A stretch of 61,649 nucleotides of DNA, counting the filler, from Squatina squatina (taxonomy: Eukaryota): NCBI GenBank assembly GCA_031763465.1. It is 4 parts of 4 records of this genome, joined end to end, with 100 filler letters (N's around TTAATTAATTAA, not from the genome) between each part and the next. Parts side by side here need not be neighbours in the genome. Positions count along the whole stretch, not along the records: positions 31,489 to 44,658 come from JARFOE010000016.1; positions 44,759 to 61,649 come from JARFOE010000001.1; 2 more parts are not named here. One strand, 5' to 3'. This document shows, in pieces, positions 41,116 through 53,558 of this stretch; positions within the stretch are counted from its first letter, which is position 1, and each line of letters begins with the position of its first letter. The position numbers and the translations under genes were made by a program. The notes under the pieces were generated by a model. It saw only the letters and a program-made list of their open reading frames with translations, was not told the DNA's origin and searched no databases.

Positions 41116-42265
41116 TATTGGTTGAACCAGATTGACCCTCCTAGGTTTGCTTTGTTGCTTATAGAACCTGTCAGAGATTTGCTGCCAACTGACCTGAGCC
41201 TCTTGCATAATAAAAATTCATTACTTCTCCCTGAATATCCTATCTAGTCTGGCTGTATAATAACACCAAAGTACTTGGTCGAAGAAATCCCTTTTAATCT
41301 TGTCTGTTATTATTTTGACTTAAATGAATTGATTTGCATTGCCTGACTGGATCCGATAGCATCCAAATTAAATTGTTAAACGTGCTCCAAATCTTTTTGA
41401 CTTTATCTTTAATAAATAATCGAGGGGGGAGGGGGCGGTGAAGAATTACATCAAGATACCTAGCCTACAGTGGGGCGACATTTTACTTTGGCACAATCTT
41501 GTTCTTGGGCTGAAATCGATAAAGCCATACAAGAGAATTTATTGTACTGCCATCGTAATACAATTCTCCTTAAGCGAGATGGTCTGATAACAGGAAAGAC
41601 TGCTTAGAGGGGATACTTTAGGAACAATTATTAATGGTTTCGCCATCACAAAACTGTAATAAAAAATGACGCTGACCTTTCCCCCAATCTAGCCATAAAA
41701 CTCTGTTGTCAGTCTTAACCTTATGAGTGCCATTTCCTGTAAGGCTTCCAGAGTTTTATTTGATTTTTTTTATTCTCTCCTGAAGACCCTGGTCCAGAAC
41801 TTGTTGGAGCAGGACATCTCACAGTGCGCCCTGTTAGTTAAGACTTTTTCCTGCACCCTTCAGCTCAAAAAATTTCCGCCCACAGAGTTGCTGGAAGTGC
41901 AAGCTGATAACGGTACAGCGAGGGCAACAGGGCATCTGGGACCTTGATGAACAATGGGACAAATCTCCTTNNNNNNNNNNNNNNNNNNNNNNNNNNNNNN
42001 NNNNNNNNNNNNNNNNNNNNNNNNNNNNNNNNNNNNNNNNNNNNNNNNNNNNNNNNNNNNNNNNNNNNNNGTCGGCTTCAGTGTCGCAACTGTGCTCTGT
42101 CGCTGCATTGGCCGGGTCAGCGCCGTGGCAACGCTTCCTTCGGGTTGCCACGTTGCGCTGATCCAGAATTGCGGCTAAGAGCGATCCTCGCTGCCGGTGT
42201 GGCATCCCCGTGGCGAGAGGGCCCCGAATGCAGTGCCCAGTTTGGGTGCTGTCCAATTGGGCCCC

Positions 42266-42410
42266 CGGTACCTCTGACGCAGCAGCACTCCCCCAACACT
42301 GTACTGAAGTGTCAGCCAGGATTTTGAGCTCAAGTCTCAAAAGTGAGACCTGAACCCACAACCTTCTGACATCAGAGGCAAGAGTGCCACCCACTGAGCC
42401 AAAGCTGACG
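42266..42410 (-). mobile_element. DeuSINE 5' part
   Basis: Reverse complement of about 2332-2465 (ggctcagtgggtggcactct...cttgagctcaaaatcctggctgacacttcagtacag). Confidence 0.7.
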
Positions 42411-43112
42411 TTGACACACAGTGCCGTGAATGCTACCACTGAGCCAAAGCCTTGCTCCCACTGTTTGAGTGATGGGTAATGACAGGATCGTGCTCGGCTG
42501 TAATACCTCAATGGCTAATTAGTCTGCCAGCACTTGCTGTCCAGCTCATGCCTGAAGAAATGGTCACTTAGTGAGGTACCAGGGAGCAGCTAAGCCAGCA
42601 TGAACCAGCATCTTTAGGATAGGAGCGGTCAGGTGGGAGGAGAGAATGAGATGCCATCAAAACGCAAGGCGTAAAGTCTGTCGTAAATGAAGCACCCTTT
42701 AGTAACTGATATTTGGGATTCCTCATATCATATCTCTCTAACCTCAAGGAAGAAATAAAATGATTATAAATATTCATAATAGATATTAATGTGCTGTTCT
42801 GCCAAGGAAACTGACCTTGCTGAAATAATTATGAACTGTTCTTGAGAAATTTGTGAGCCTGTGTGCTCCTTCTCAACAAACATCCATCAAAGTTAAGAAG
42901 TGCATTGCATGCGCTCTGCAATACCCTTGAATGTAAAAGCAGCACCTCTTGGTTCATTGACATGCACGACCATCAAGAGTGAAAATGGCAAGATTCCAAT
43001 AGATGCAAAATTCCCAAACGTTCAATTACAAACGCCTGTGAACAGCCAGTGACTGTCACGAGCCAAAACGATTATGAAGCATGCTGGAAAGTCCATGAAA
43101 CATGTACAGTCC

Positions 43113-43166
43113 CATTGTAGTATTCATCCATCAATGCTCATTGTAGTATTCATCCATCAATGCTCA
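43113..43166. repeat. Perfect 26-bp tandem duplication
   Basis: CATTGTAGTATTCATCCATCAATGCT x2 plus CA. Confidence 0.9.
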
Positions 43167-44477
43167 GCCAATCTTTGATGCAAATTCCCGATGGTTGAAT
43201 TACAAAAGTCATTGAATTAACAGCAGGATATCCTTTATGCTGACTAGGTTATATCTCTGTTAATAATTAACGCACGCTGCTTAGAGACCACTAAATAAGT
43301 GCAAGTTTGGTGCAAGTGCAAGTCCAATTAAGTGCAAGTTTAATAACGATTAACCTCCCTGCATATGTATTGCACATGCCAAAAAAAGCTCAAAAGGGAA
43401 TTAAAATGCATACAAAGATGTGGTACAAAATTATTGATGACGCAGAAAAATGTCAATACGCGACTAGGTTTATGTGCAAGGACCAGCGGGTTTTTATATC
43501 ATTGTTATACACAATGATGATGCACAACTTATTCAATGTACACTGCAGTTTTAGTAGTTAAGCACAATTTTACACAAAGTGTTTTTCTTGTAAACATGAA
43601 ATCTGAATGCAACCTATTCTGAATTATCAACCACTGAAAGTAGTAAACAGCCCCGATTTTAACTTAAGGCAGCAGTCGAGCGGCCCGGGGTCCAGGCAGA
43701 CGGCAAAATGCTCTGTCCACAGCAGCATAAGATGCCTTTAGATCCCATCACGCTGGCCTGGATTTTAACACACAAATAAAATGAAAGTGTTCTAATCCCT
43801 CTGTATAATTAATAAATGTAACAAATAAAAATTACAGATGTAAGTCATAAATTCCAGAGTCAGCACACTGATAATTATATGTAATTATAAAATAGAAATA
43901 GTAAGAATGATTCACAATAGTTTCAATCTCCTGCCCACAATACCTATCATTACATCATAAATCCACTCATATTTCCACCTATGCTACATTTGTTGTATCC
44001 TGCAACTGGGATTTCTCTCTCAAGTACTCACTAAGTGTGTGTCAAGTTCCCCAGTGTCTCATTGTCATCCATGTAAAACTTCTTTTTCTATCATAGGTGG
44101 GTCCACCACAGAGGCCAGCCATGCACTATGATCTAAGGCTATTCTCTTGACAATAAGTTTCCTGATAGCTTACCAATGAGGCCCTTACCTATCGTTAACT
44201 GTTTGGTGTGAGAGTTTAACAGCAAATCCTCCAGCATTTCCTTATCTCCCCACCATACAATTTCTTCCTCTGCTCTATTGAAGTTGCTTATTTCACCTGG
44301 AATATGGTTTCCTGGGAGCAAGCTGCCCTCTGGTAATTTCTCCAAATAAATATTGACGAGCTTTAATTTTGAAGGGCATCATGACTGAGCCAATCCTACA
44401 CTCAGTTGAGGTCCACATGCAAATGACTTTTATGTACATTCAAGTAGGAGTATTGAATGGGATTGACAGGAATGGGG

Positions 44478-44658
44478 ACTTGGTAGTGTAGTGGTTAAAT
44501 TGTGGGACTAGTAATCCAGGACTGTTCATTCAGAGACATGAGTTCAAATCCCACCCTGGCAGCTGTGGAATTTAAATTCAGTTAATTAAATAATATGGAA
44601 TAAAAAAGTCAGTAATGGTGACCATCAAACTATTGTTTTGTTGTAAAAACCCATGCTA
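44478..44658 (+). mobile_element. tRNA-derived SINE 5' part
   Basis: A-box-like ggtagtgtagtggtta and B-box-like gagttcaaatccc; probable 3' parts of the same family at 49261-49405 and, inverted, 4585-4659. Confidence 0.6.
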
Positions 44659-44702
44659 NNNNNNNNNNNNNNNNNNNNNNNNNNNNNNNNNNNNNNNNNN
44701 NN

Positions 44703-44714
44703 TTAATTAATTAA
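44703..44714. other. Artificial scaffold spacer TTAATTAATTAA
   Basis: 44 N on each side. Confidence 0.95.
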
Positions 44715-44959
44715 NNNNNNNNNNNNNNNNNNNNNNNNNNNNNNNNNNNNNNNNNNNNCGAAACGTTGACTCTGTTTTTCTCTCCACAGATGCTGCCTGA
44801 CCTGCTGAGTTTTTCCAGCAATTTTTGTTTGTAGTTTCGTAGGGAGAGAGGGATTGGTGGTAAGGAGGGAATGATGGATGGACAATTGTTTGGAGAGAGG
44901 TGGGGGAGAGAGTGGGGGACGGACAGAGAGATGGAAGGAATGTATTGAATACATCAATG

Positions 44960-45315
44960 ACTTGGACTGGAGGGAGGTATGCAGTATTGGTCCCCAGGGG
45001 TCGGTATTGGAACTGCTGCTGATTTTGATCGAATTCAATGATATGGACATTGGTATACAGGGATTAACATCAAAGTTTGCAGATGACACAACATTTGGAA
45101 ATGTAGTAAAAATATTAGGTGGATCGAAACGGACTTCCAAACACATACATCGGTGAAATAGGTAGAAATATCACGTATTAAATTTAACAAATAATTGTGA
45201 AATTTTATATTTTTGTCAGAAGAATTGTCAGAGGCAATGCAGACTACATTATACCGTTTTATACGAGTGCAGGAAAAGAGGCAGACTTGGGGTGTAGGTG
45301 CATAAATATTTGAAG
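44960..45315 (+). mobile_element. CR1 LINE RT fragment, degenerate
   Basis: PQGSVLELLL...NDMD...SKFADDT RT motifs; similarity continues to gacttggggtgtaggtgcataaatatttgaag. Confidence 0.8.
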
Positions 45316-45401
45316 AAGGATATGATGACTGGCGGCCATTCAAAGCATAACCATCCATCAGATCAGCATTATCATCTAAGCTCATTTGAGTTGTCACTGC
45401 A
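45316..45401 (-). CDS. TXK: TXK-like N-terminal exon following the cysteine string; 3' boundary uncertain
   Basis: Acceptor tttcAG at 45403-45402; phase 2 fits the upstream exon; (R)AVTTQMSLDDNADL resembles mammalian TXK RQMRTQISLSTDEEL. Runs into an antisense CR1 fragment with no strong donor. Confidence 0.55.
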
Positions 45402-45520
45402 CTGAAATTTAATAAAAATTAACAATAATGAACATAACATTGTATGATTATAAGCTGCATATATTCAACAAAGGTAGAAGAATATTTTTGGTTGGGAGGT
45501 ATTTGAAAAATAAAGCTTAC

Positions 45521-45569
45521 CGCTTCTGAACAGAACAGCAACAGCAAAACACTGACTGTATGGTATGGT
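45521..45569 (-). CDS. TXK: TXK tyrosine kinase cysteine-string exon (49 nt)
   Basis: ttttcacAG|AC CAT ACC ATA CAG TCA GTG TTT TGC TGT TGC TGT TCT GTT CAG AAG CG|GTAAGC encodes HTIQSVFCCCCSVQKR; mammalian TXK has NTIQSVFCCCCCCSVQKR. Lies downstream of TEC on the same strand. Confidence 0.88.
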
Positions 45570-46066
45570 CTGTGAAAACATGAGATTTCAATAAAACAAC
45601 TGGAAATCAAACTACCTTTACTGGAAAATCCAAAGCAAAATACAGCAGCTAATGAAAATCTAAAACTAACATGAAAGTTTTTTTTAAAACAGGAAAAAAT
45701 ATTGTGCATGTACAACTACAATTATTTTGGGCAAATGTTATTCTGAACTTGAACCCAGATAGATAGTTCCTCCTTAGGACTCCAAATGAATCCATGCCTT
45801 AGCTCAAGAAATGAGTTGAGTTCTATCTAATTCAGAGTTTAAGGCCCTGAAATTATAATCCAGGACCAAGGCGTAAAACAGGCGGAGTCACAAACTGGAG
45901 CCAAACTTGCCATGGAACCCAGTTCCACCACGATTCTGCTACATGCACAGCGCCACCTAAATTCCANNNNNNNNNNNNNNNNNNNNNNNNNNNNNNNNNN
46001 NNNNNNNNNNNNNNNNNNNNNNNNNNNNNNNNNNNNNNNNNNNNNNNNNNNNNNNNNNNNNNNNNN

Positions 46067-46104
46067 CATGCCCCCGACATTATAAATTTCCCACATCACA
46101 ACAC
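46067..46104 (-). CDS. TEC: Tec-family kinase C-lobe exon, truncated by gap
   Basis: ttgcAG|GT GTT GTG ATG TGG GAA ATT TAT AAT GTC GGG GGC ATG encodes GVVMWEIYNVGGM; phase 1 matches the preceding exon. Confidence 0.75.
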
Positions 46105-47205
46105 CTGCAAATTAAAGTAAAAGGCTTGTTTTTGAAGTCACAAAGTGCAAATTAGTCTCAGATCAAATTAGCCACTTTATACATGAAAATTAACAACATC
46201 ACGGCAGAAAGAAGGTAGACCCAATTATACTGGGAAATAACTAATTTTTGGCAGTGGGTTCCTGAATTGGTTAGATATCTGTGTTTTCTGCTTCTTCCAA
46301 ATGGTGGGAAAAATGATAGGCGCATGGGGATATCCAGCAAGAACGGGCCAAGTGTGTCTGGACCGGACATAATTTTCTTGTCCTATCATTTCATACCATA
46401 ATATGAAAGGGGTAATTTTCCAAATTTGCACTGCTGGTGGGGAACCTCAGCTGCTGGTAGAGAATACTGGAAATTTGGATATGTGCTGTATACTATTTAC
46501 TGATGATTTAAATAAGTGTATGAGCTCACAGCAGATGAAGCCCCTTCCGAAATAACGCAAATTTGGAAAGTTATCTTTAACTGTCAAAAATAAACTAGAT
46601 TTATAGTAGGTAGGTGATGTATTTGACTTTTCTGCCTGTGCATTTTATTTCAGGTATACCAATGACATAACACCGCAATTGTAAAACTTACATATTGAAA
46701 TAAAAGACTTGCTACTGATGCCAAATATTGTGCTAATTCTCCTAATTGAAAATGCCTATTTTTCATCAGAGGTTTTTAGCAATTTTTCGCCAGAATGATA
46801 AGGGGTAGATATCCAGCCTTGCAGTGAAGTATGGACGGATAGGTGTGGTTTGTATGTTTATTTTTAACATCTAGAATGCTGTGCAAAGTCAAAAGAAGTA
46901 CAAAAGGAAGAAATAAGGCACAGGCCATTCCTTCTGCTGAGCCCACTTCCATCCTCTATCGATTCTATCTTTGAGGCGATTCTTGGTTTTGATTTAACTC
47001 AATATCATGAAAACTACAGTAAAATCCAGGAGGCAAATGTATTATCCACAGAGTCCCTAATAACCAAGATGCAGCTGATTTTTTAAAGCCATTATTGCAT
47101 TGTTTATAATGCTCATTTCAAAAATGTCTTGGAGTTATTACAGATCTTCCAAATGAATCTGAATCAGAAATATATTTCAAGCTATCTGCTTGCAGATATA
47201 AATTA

Positions 47206-47409
<204 letters not shown>

Positions 47410-47786
47410 TTATCGTGAGCACGTTGGTGCTAGCTCCATATCAATCCTATCGACTCCAATCCATTTCACTGCACTTTGGAAGGAGTCGGCAGCAGAGGAG
47501 GAAGCGGCAGAGGATAAAAAGCATGGGAGGCCAAGACAACAGACCTGGAAGGAGTCAACAGTGGAGGAGGCAGGTGCAAATTCAGTGAATTCCAAAAGAA
47601 CAGCAAAAGCAAGGAGTGACTTCACAGGACTGCAGGTAGGTGATTGGTGGGAGTATTAGTGTTTTACTGTCTCTAATGTAACTAGATAAATTAATTGATA
47701 ACTATAGATAGTCGTGTGAATAAAGATTTTAACTAAGAGCAAGAGAAACAGCCGGAGATAAAGGTAGGCGAGACTTAAAATTCTTA

Positions 47787-48461
47787 TGGGGTGAAATTCC
47801 CCTGTTCTGTGCCTCCTGTTAGCGCCTCCGGTGAGCCTGTTTTTGCTGGGGGGGCTACTGACTCCAACGAAATTGCATGGGAGTTAACGGAGCCGCAAAC
47901 ACGGTAGTGCGGCGACTCCTTTCCGACCTGTGTCAGAAATTGGCCAGTGCCCTCCGAGGCTGCCACGGGCAGCATCAGTGTCAGCACCAGCCTCGCAGGT
48001 CACGAATCGGGCCAAATTCCACTCCCAGGGCGAAAGTTAAAGGGGAGGTGCGCTGCACCACGCGCCGCCATATTTCTCTCTTCCCGACTTACTGGTCAGC
48101 CCGCCGTGCAACGCTGTCGCAGGGTCCGGGCCGCGATCGTGCAGCCCAGCACTACGTTTCGGTGCCAGGCTGTGGCCACATTACCCCGCATCCCTGGTGG
48201 CCCAGTGGAGGTCATCAAAAGACCTGCAGAACTTGCACTTGCCTTTAACGGAAGGGGAGGGGCATAGAAACGAGACCGCGTAGCGCTTCACGATGCACCC
48301 GTGTAGCACACTGAGCCCGCCCCGATAGGAAGTGGAGCGTGCAAAATTGTGCTCCACTTCCTGTGAGGGGCAGTAACCCCAACTTCACTTTCAGGGCGCA
48401 GAATGTCCGGCCTCGGAAAGGTTACCGTCCCCAACTGGGGCGTTAGCCAATTTCGGCCCCT
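47787..48461. mobile_element. GC-rich non-autonomous DNA transposon (Harbinger-type ends) in TEC intron
   Basis: Ends GGGGTGAAATT...AATTTCGGCCCC; CpG-rich; internal hairpin AGGAAGTGGAGC...GCTCCACTTCCT at 48327-48362. Confidence 0.55.
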
Positions 48462-49726
48462 ACAACTGTAAAGATCAGATTAATTTACGTAGTAGTAACT
48501 GGAAAAGGTAGCGCCCATAATTGTACCTTTACTTTGCTCTTCTACCCCCTGAACAATCTGTAATACACATGTGGCCGGATATGCAATCACAGCTCTATTG
48601 CACCTAGGCGGTTGGTCTTGAGGTATTGGCTGTACCTACACTCTAATGACCTTACTGGTGACTTCTAACTTGTTCAACAGAACACCTCACAATTAACCAA
48701 AGCAACATACATGCCAATTATCAGCATGTCAAGCAGGCAGGCATTGTTTCAACCCATGTGTCAGCTTATTAATGTTTTACAGGAAAAAAGTAACTTTTTC
48801 ACTCAAATTGGTAAGAACCAATCTGATCAATTGGACGTTGGGACTAGAGGCCGCCAAAATTACTCAGCTCAGTTTGAAGACGGGCCTGCAGGGTGTTTGA
48901 ACCAATCGAATCAGTGTACTGGACAATCAACTCAATGTTATTTTCTCCCACTGTTGATTATGCAAAAATTTGAGGCAGAAAATCTTTACAATGTGCTGAT
49001 GATGCCAGTGAATCAGTTACAGATGTGCTTATTTAATGTTTTCCCCCACAGCCTATATCACAAACAATCTATTAGAATGTAGCCTTTAAACACTTTTTAT
49101 TTTCTTCAAAGGAATTTTCTGGAGCATGTTTGACTATTATCTTATGTGAAGATTTATTTTNNNNNNNNNNNNNNNNNNNNNNNNNNNNNNNNNNNNNNNN
49201 NNNNNNNNNNNNNNNNNNNNNNNNNNNNNNNNNNNNNNNNNNNNNNNNNNNNNNNNNNNNAATGGTCTTTAGGGAAGGAAATCTGCAGTCCTTACCTGGT
49301 CTAGCCTATATCCACAGTAATATGGTTGACTCTTAACTGTAGTTCAAAATCACCACCACCTTCTTAAGGGCAATTAGCCCACATCCCATGAACAAATAAA
49401 AAAAATGTGCAAGCTTAAATAGTGGATGTTAGCAGGCTGAAGTATCACCACTGAGCCCAATTCTTGCATCATCAGCCATCCATACATACAAAGTCACTGC
49501 AGGAGTCATCTGATAGCTATAAAAACTACTCTGGCTGATTTTCACATGCAATAGTAGTACCTTGGCTGAGATCAGCTAACTTAGCATAGACTAGGAATCG
49601 AATGTGGGATTTTACCAGACTGAATGGCTCAACAACTTACTGGATAAACTTGCTGAACCATGAGGGAAACAATAACTTACAGAAATGTTAAAGTATCAGA
49701 AACTAAAATTAACGCATTGTTGCTTA

Positions 49727-49963
<237 letters not shown>

Positions 49964-50263
49964 TCAGAGAAATTAATCTACTTAAAATTATGTACATCAG
50001 CATAACTTTAATTTTATCAATGTTAATTGCTTAGCAAATGTGTAAACAGAATGGGTGTGTATTTCCTGTGGTCCCATTCTTCCAGCAGAAATATGACGGG
50101 GGACTGCTGCCCACCCGTTGTGCCTGCCCTGGCCCTGGCCCACTTCTTCAGTTAAGATACATTAAAATATTTACAGCACCAGTGGAACTACCACCTTAGC
50201 TGGGGGGAGGGAATAAATTGCTGGTCCCTGTTGGTGGAGGGCGAGGGAAAGGAACCAAAGATT

Positions 50264-50487
50264 TTTAAACAAAAAATGCTGGAAAAACTCAGCAGGCCAG
50301 GCGGCATCCGTGGAGAGAAAAACAGATTTAATATTTTGGGCCAATGACCCTTCGTCAGAAATGAAAAAAGCCAGAAATACAAGAAGTTTTAAAGCACCGG
50401 CAGGGAAAGGGGTCGGTGGGGGGTGGGTGGCGGAGCGGGAAGAACAAAGGGTAAGATCATTGTGTAATTGTGTGGAAGGCAGAAGAG
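50264..50487 (-). mobile_element. Penelope-like repeat end with decayed hammerhead motif
   Basis: Minus strand atttCTGACGAagggtcattggcccAAAAtattaaat...tctctccacggatgccgcctggcctgctgag. Confidence 0.55.
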
Positions 50488-50779
50488 NNNNNNNNNNNNN
50501 NNNNNNNNNNNNNNNNNNNNNNNNNNNNNNNNNNNNNNNNNNNNNNNNNNNNNNNNNNNNNNNNNNNNNNNNNNNNNNNNNNNNNNNTGTGTTTCTAATA
50601 CGTGTTGAATTTCATCCAGAATTTCAGGAATGCTCCTGAGACATTGTCTTATATTTCTGGCAGTGGGCTCTCCATCGAGTTCCAGTTGGAATAATTAAAA
50701 TACTACCTAATGGAATTAAACGCAGATGTGTTTTAAAAGGACACATTTATGTTCTCTTCATATTAAAACTAGAACTGGT

Positions 50780-51641
50780 TCCGTAGTTTATTGGAGCTGT
50801 GGAATCCACCCTCATTCATGCCGCAGGGAGGATTGTCCAGCAGCAGCATGTTCAGTTCATTAGTAATTTCATTTTCTGGTGCAGTTTCTTCGCTGATGAG
50901 GAAATTCTGCATCAGCTGGAGATGAGAACTGCTGTGCAGCTTGCCCATGGCAGCTTGCACCGTCAGCTGTTTACATTTACTACTGTTTGTGTTGCTGCCT
51001 TTGAATGAGCAGTTGAGCACTGCCTCTTGCAGTTGGCTTAAAGCCTGTACAGTGGCTTGGCTGTCTCCATTCTGCCCTGCTCATGGCGATTGTGAGCCAC
51101 CTTTGCCTGGAAGAGAAAGGGAAGTGTGTCAGTGTGTGTAGTGGAATGTGTTTGTGTGATGTGCCTGCCATAGTTGAATAGCTGTCAGTATGTGCAAGGT
51201 GTGAGATGTGAGTGAGTGTTGCAGCAGTGGTAAGGTTATGAGAGTGAAGTGAAGCTCTGAATGTGAGGTCTGAGTGATGATGGGTAGAGATTGTTGGTAG
51301 GTGAGTGATGGAGGTATGGTGCATTGAGCAGTGTGTGAGGCGTGTGTTGCAGATGGTGGGATATAGCATTTGTTGAACTCTTCACTCACCTTTACCTGCT
51401 GTGTGAGATCATTAAAATTCTTGTGACACTGGATCCATGTCCTCAGTCACAGTTGGCCATGATGTACCCATGTACTCTATTTCTTGCCACAGTCCTGTTG
51501 AAGTATGGGCTAATGGCTTCCTGCCATCCTGCCATCCTGCAGGAACAGGATAGCCCGCTTCCTCTCCACTGCCAATTCTAATGACTCCAGAGTGACAGCG
51601 GAGAACCTTCTGATTTGTTCTCTTTACTGGTGCTCAGCCAT
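50780..51641 (-). mobile_element. Harbinger Myb/SANT-like gene remnant (two exons) in TEC intron
   Basis: From ATG 51641: MAEHQ*REQIRRFSAVTLESLELAVERKRAILF...; later RTWIQCHKNFNDLTQQVK|GTGAGT at 51390; second exon AKVAHNRHEQGR near 51105. Contains a stop and frameshifts. Confidence 0.65.
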
Positions 51642-52219
51642 GTGTTCCAACTGCAATGACAATGAGGTGCTGTTGCATCAAAGCACCTCCCCTTTAAGTA
51701 GTGGTGAAAGACTTGGCCAAATATTATTGGCCATTAGACTGCACACATTTTGTGTGCTGCTTGGAACACTTTGAACAGGCACAGGCAAATAGCACTGAGC
51801 CGTGACACTGCCTCTTTTTGTGCCATATCCAATTTCCAATTTCTAGGACTCGGGTAGGCTTCAAAATCCTTCAAACTGCCAGTCTATGTACTTTCCCAGT
51901 CCCTTTGTGTATCTCCATACATAAAAAGGCTTTTTTGATGTTATTGTATGAGTGTATTTTTCATTTGATTATGCCAAACGCAAATGTAGTCAAATAGATT
52001 CGGCTCTGTTACGCAATGGAAGTAAGCCAATCACTTCACACAAGGTTGCATTCCTTTTGATTGAATTGGGTCAGATGATCTGCAGATACTTAACTAAAAG
52101 CTTCAACTGAGAGAAAAAAATAATACGTCAGTTATATGTTAGCCACTGAGAACACGTAACAATTTCTTTAAAAAATCCAGCAGCTTCTGGGCTACCGCAA
52201 AATTAGTCAGTTACATTAC

Positions 52220-52294
52220 CATAGCTAAAGCCAGCAGTTGTAGGTGCAGCTCGTCCTTTACGGCCTACTGGATATCGCAATCGTGTGACAAGAC
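52220..52294 (-). CDS. TEC: TEC SH2-kinase linker exon (75 nt)
   Basis: tcttAG|...|GTAATG; [25 protein letters not shown](D); splices in phase to 49899. Confidence 0.9.
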
Positions 52295-53503
52295 CTAAGA
52301 CAATACGTCATGATGTCAATCAAGGCATTACTTCAACATATGTGTATTTACTTTCATTCACTGTCCTGCAATTATTGTTGGGACCCCAATTTACATGCAC
52401 CATTTGACTAAGACCTTTTTTTTTATAAACACAATACCTTGCACACCTCATGATCGCTGGCTTCTAATTTGGTAGCTGATACACTTCTTAGAAGATCAGG
52501 CGCAGGAGAAAAGAACTCAAAATTGGTGCTCCAATGTTGATTTTTCATCCAAAAAAGGTGCACAACAATGTTCAATTTGTCCCTCTATGCTTTTAATGTC
52601 TTTTGAGAATGATAGGTGATTAGTACCAACCTGTAGATTCTGTAGGTAGATGTAGGGGGCCTTTCCTTTGAACTGTGATTGGAGTAAATCATAAAGTAAC
52701 ATTTATTGAGTGACTAAATTTTTAGCTCAACTGTGATCATTGCTTATCTTAAAACTGCCAATATTGAACAACAGTAGTTGTGTACTAATATTACTAATAA
52801 TACTAATTGTGTACTAATACAATTCTGTACATATCCCCCACCAGCTTTGATAAACATAATGAGACTAATTTCTAACACTTTAGCCAGAAGGACAGGCATG
52901 AATAGCTCTTGATGCATGCTATGTGTGAAACTGCATAAGACTTGATATCCCTCGCAATCAGGTTGCATATTTTATCAAAAGCTACATGGTAAACTGTAAT
53001 GAGCATTTGATTAAAATACAGCGTGAGTATAAAGAACTGCACCCTACCACACTTTTGACAGACACTACAATATTCTAGTTCATACCACTGAACTAGATAT
53101 TAGAGAAGTATACCTCAATTATTCCTAGAAATCATGATCTTCACAAGAATTTGGGGTATATATTACTGACTGAGGGAGCTTGCCTTTCTGTAGTGAATTA
53201 ACTAACTAGGCCTTTTGCCTTANNNNNNNNNNNNNNNNNNNNNNNNNNNNNNNNNNNNNNNNNNNNNNNNNNNNNNNNNNNNNNNNNNNNNNNNNNNNNN
53301 NNNNNNNNNNNNNNNNNNNNNNACTCTCCAGTACCTGACTCTTCCTCTTCCCCTTCCCTCGCTTGACAGTGACCCACTTTAGTTGTTTTTATTAACAAAT
53401 CTAATTTACCCAACCAGAATAGGCCTTAGACAGTTTTTTTTTGGAGCACTAAATATTAATTATGTAATTTCCATGCAACATGAAAAACATATTCCACCAT
53501 TAC

Positions 53504-53558
53504 CTCAGAGTTCAGTAAATGTTCTGCTTTACTTCTATTAACATTTTTGCAATACCAC
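53504..53558 (-). CDS. TEC: TEC first SH2 exon (55 nt)
   Basis: tatctAG|G TGG TAT TGC...TCT GAG|GTAATG; WYCKNVNRSKAEHLLNSE versus mammalian TEC WYCRNMNRSKAEQLLRSE. Confidence 0.88.

Noticed and set aside
39124-41247. Long F/L/S-rich or K/E/R-rich ORFs up to 652 aa
   Set aside because: Translations of (TTTC)n repeat plus gaps.
44478-44560. tRNA gene
   Set aside because: Only A/B-box-like SINE head; no cloverleaf could be built and it continues into SINE body.
47877-48267. GC-rich ORFs and CpG-island-like stretch
   Set aside because: Lies inside a TIR-bounded repeat; the peptides have no recognisable features.
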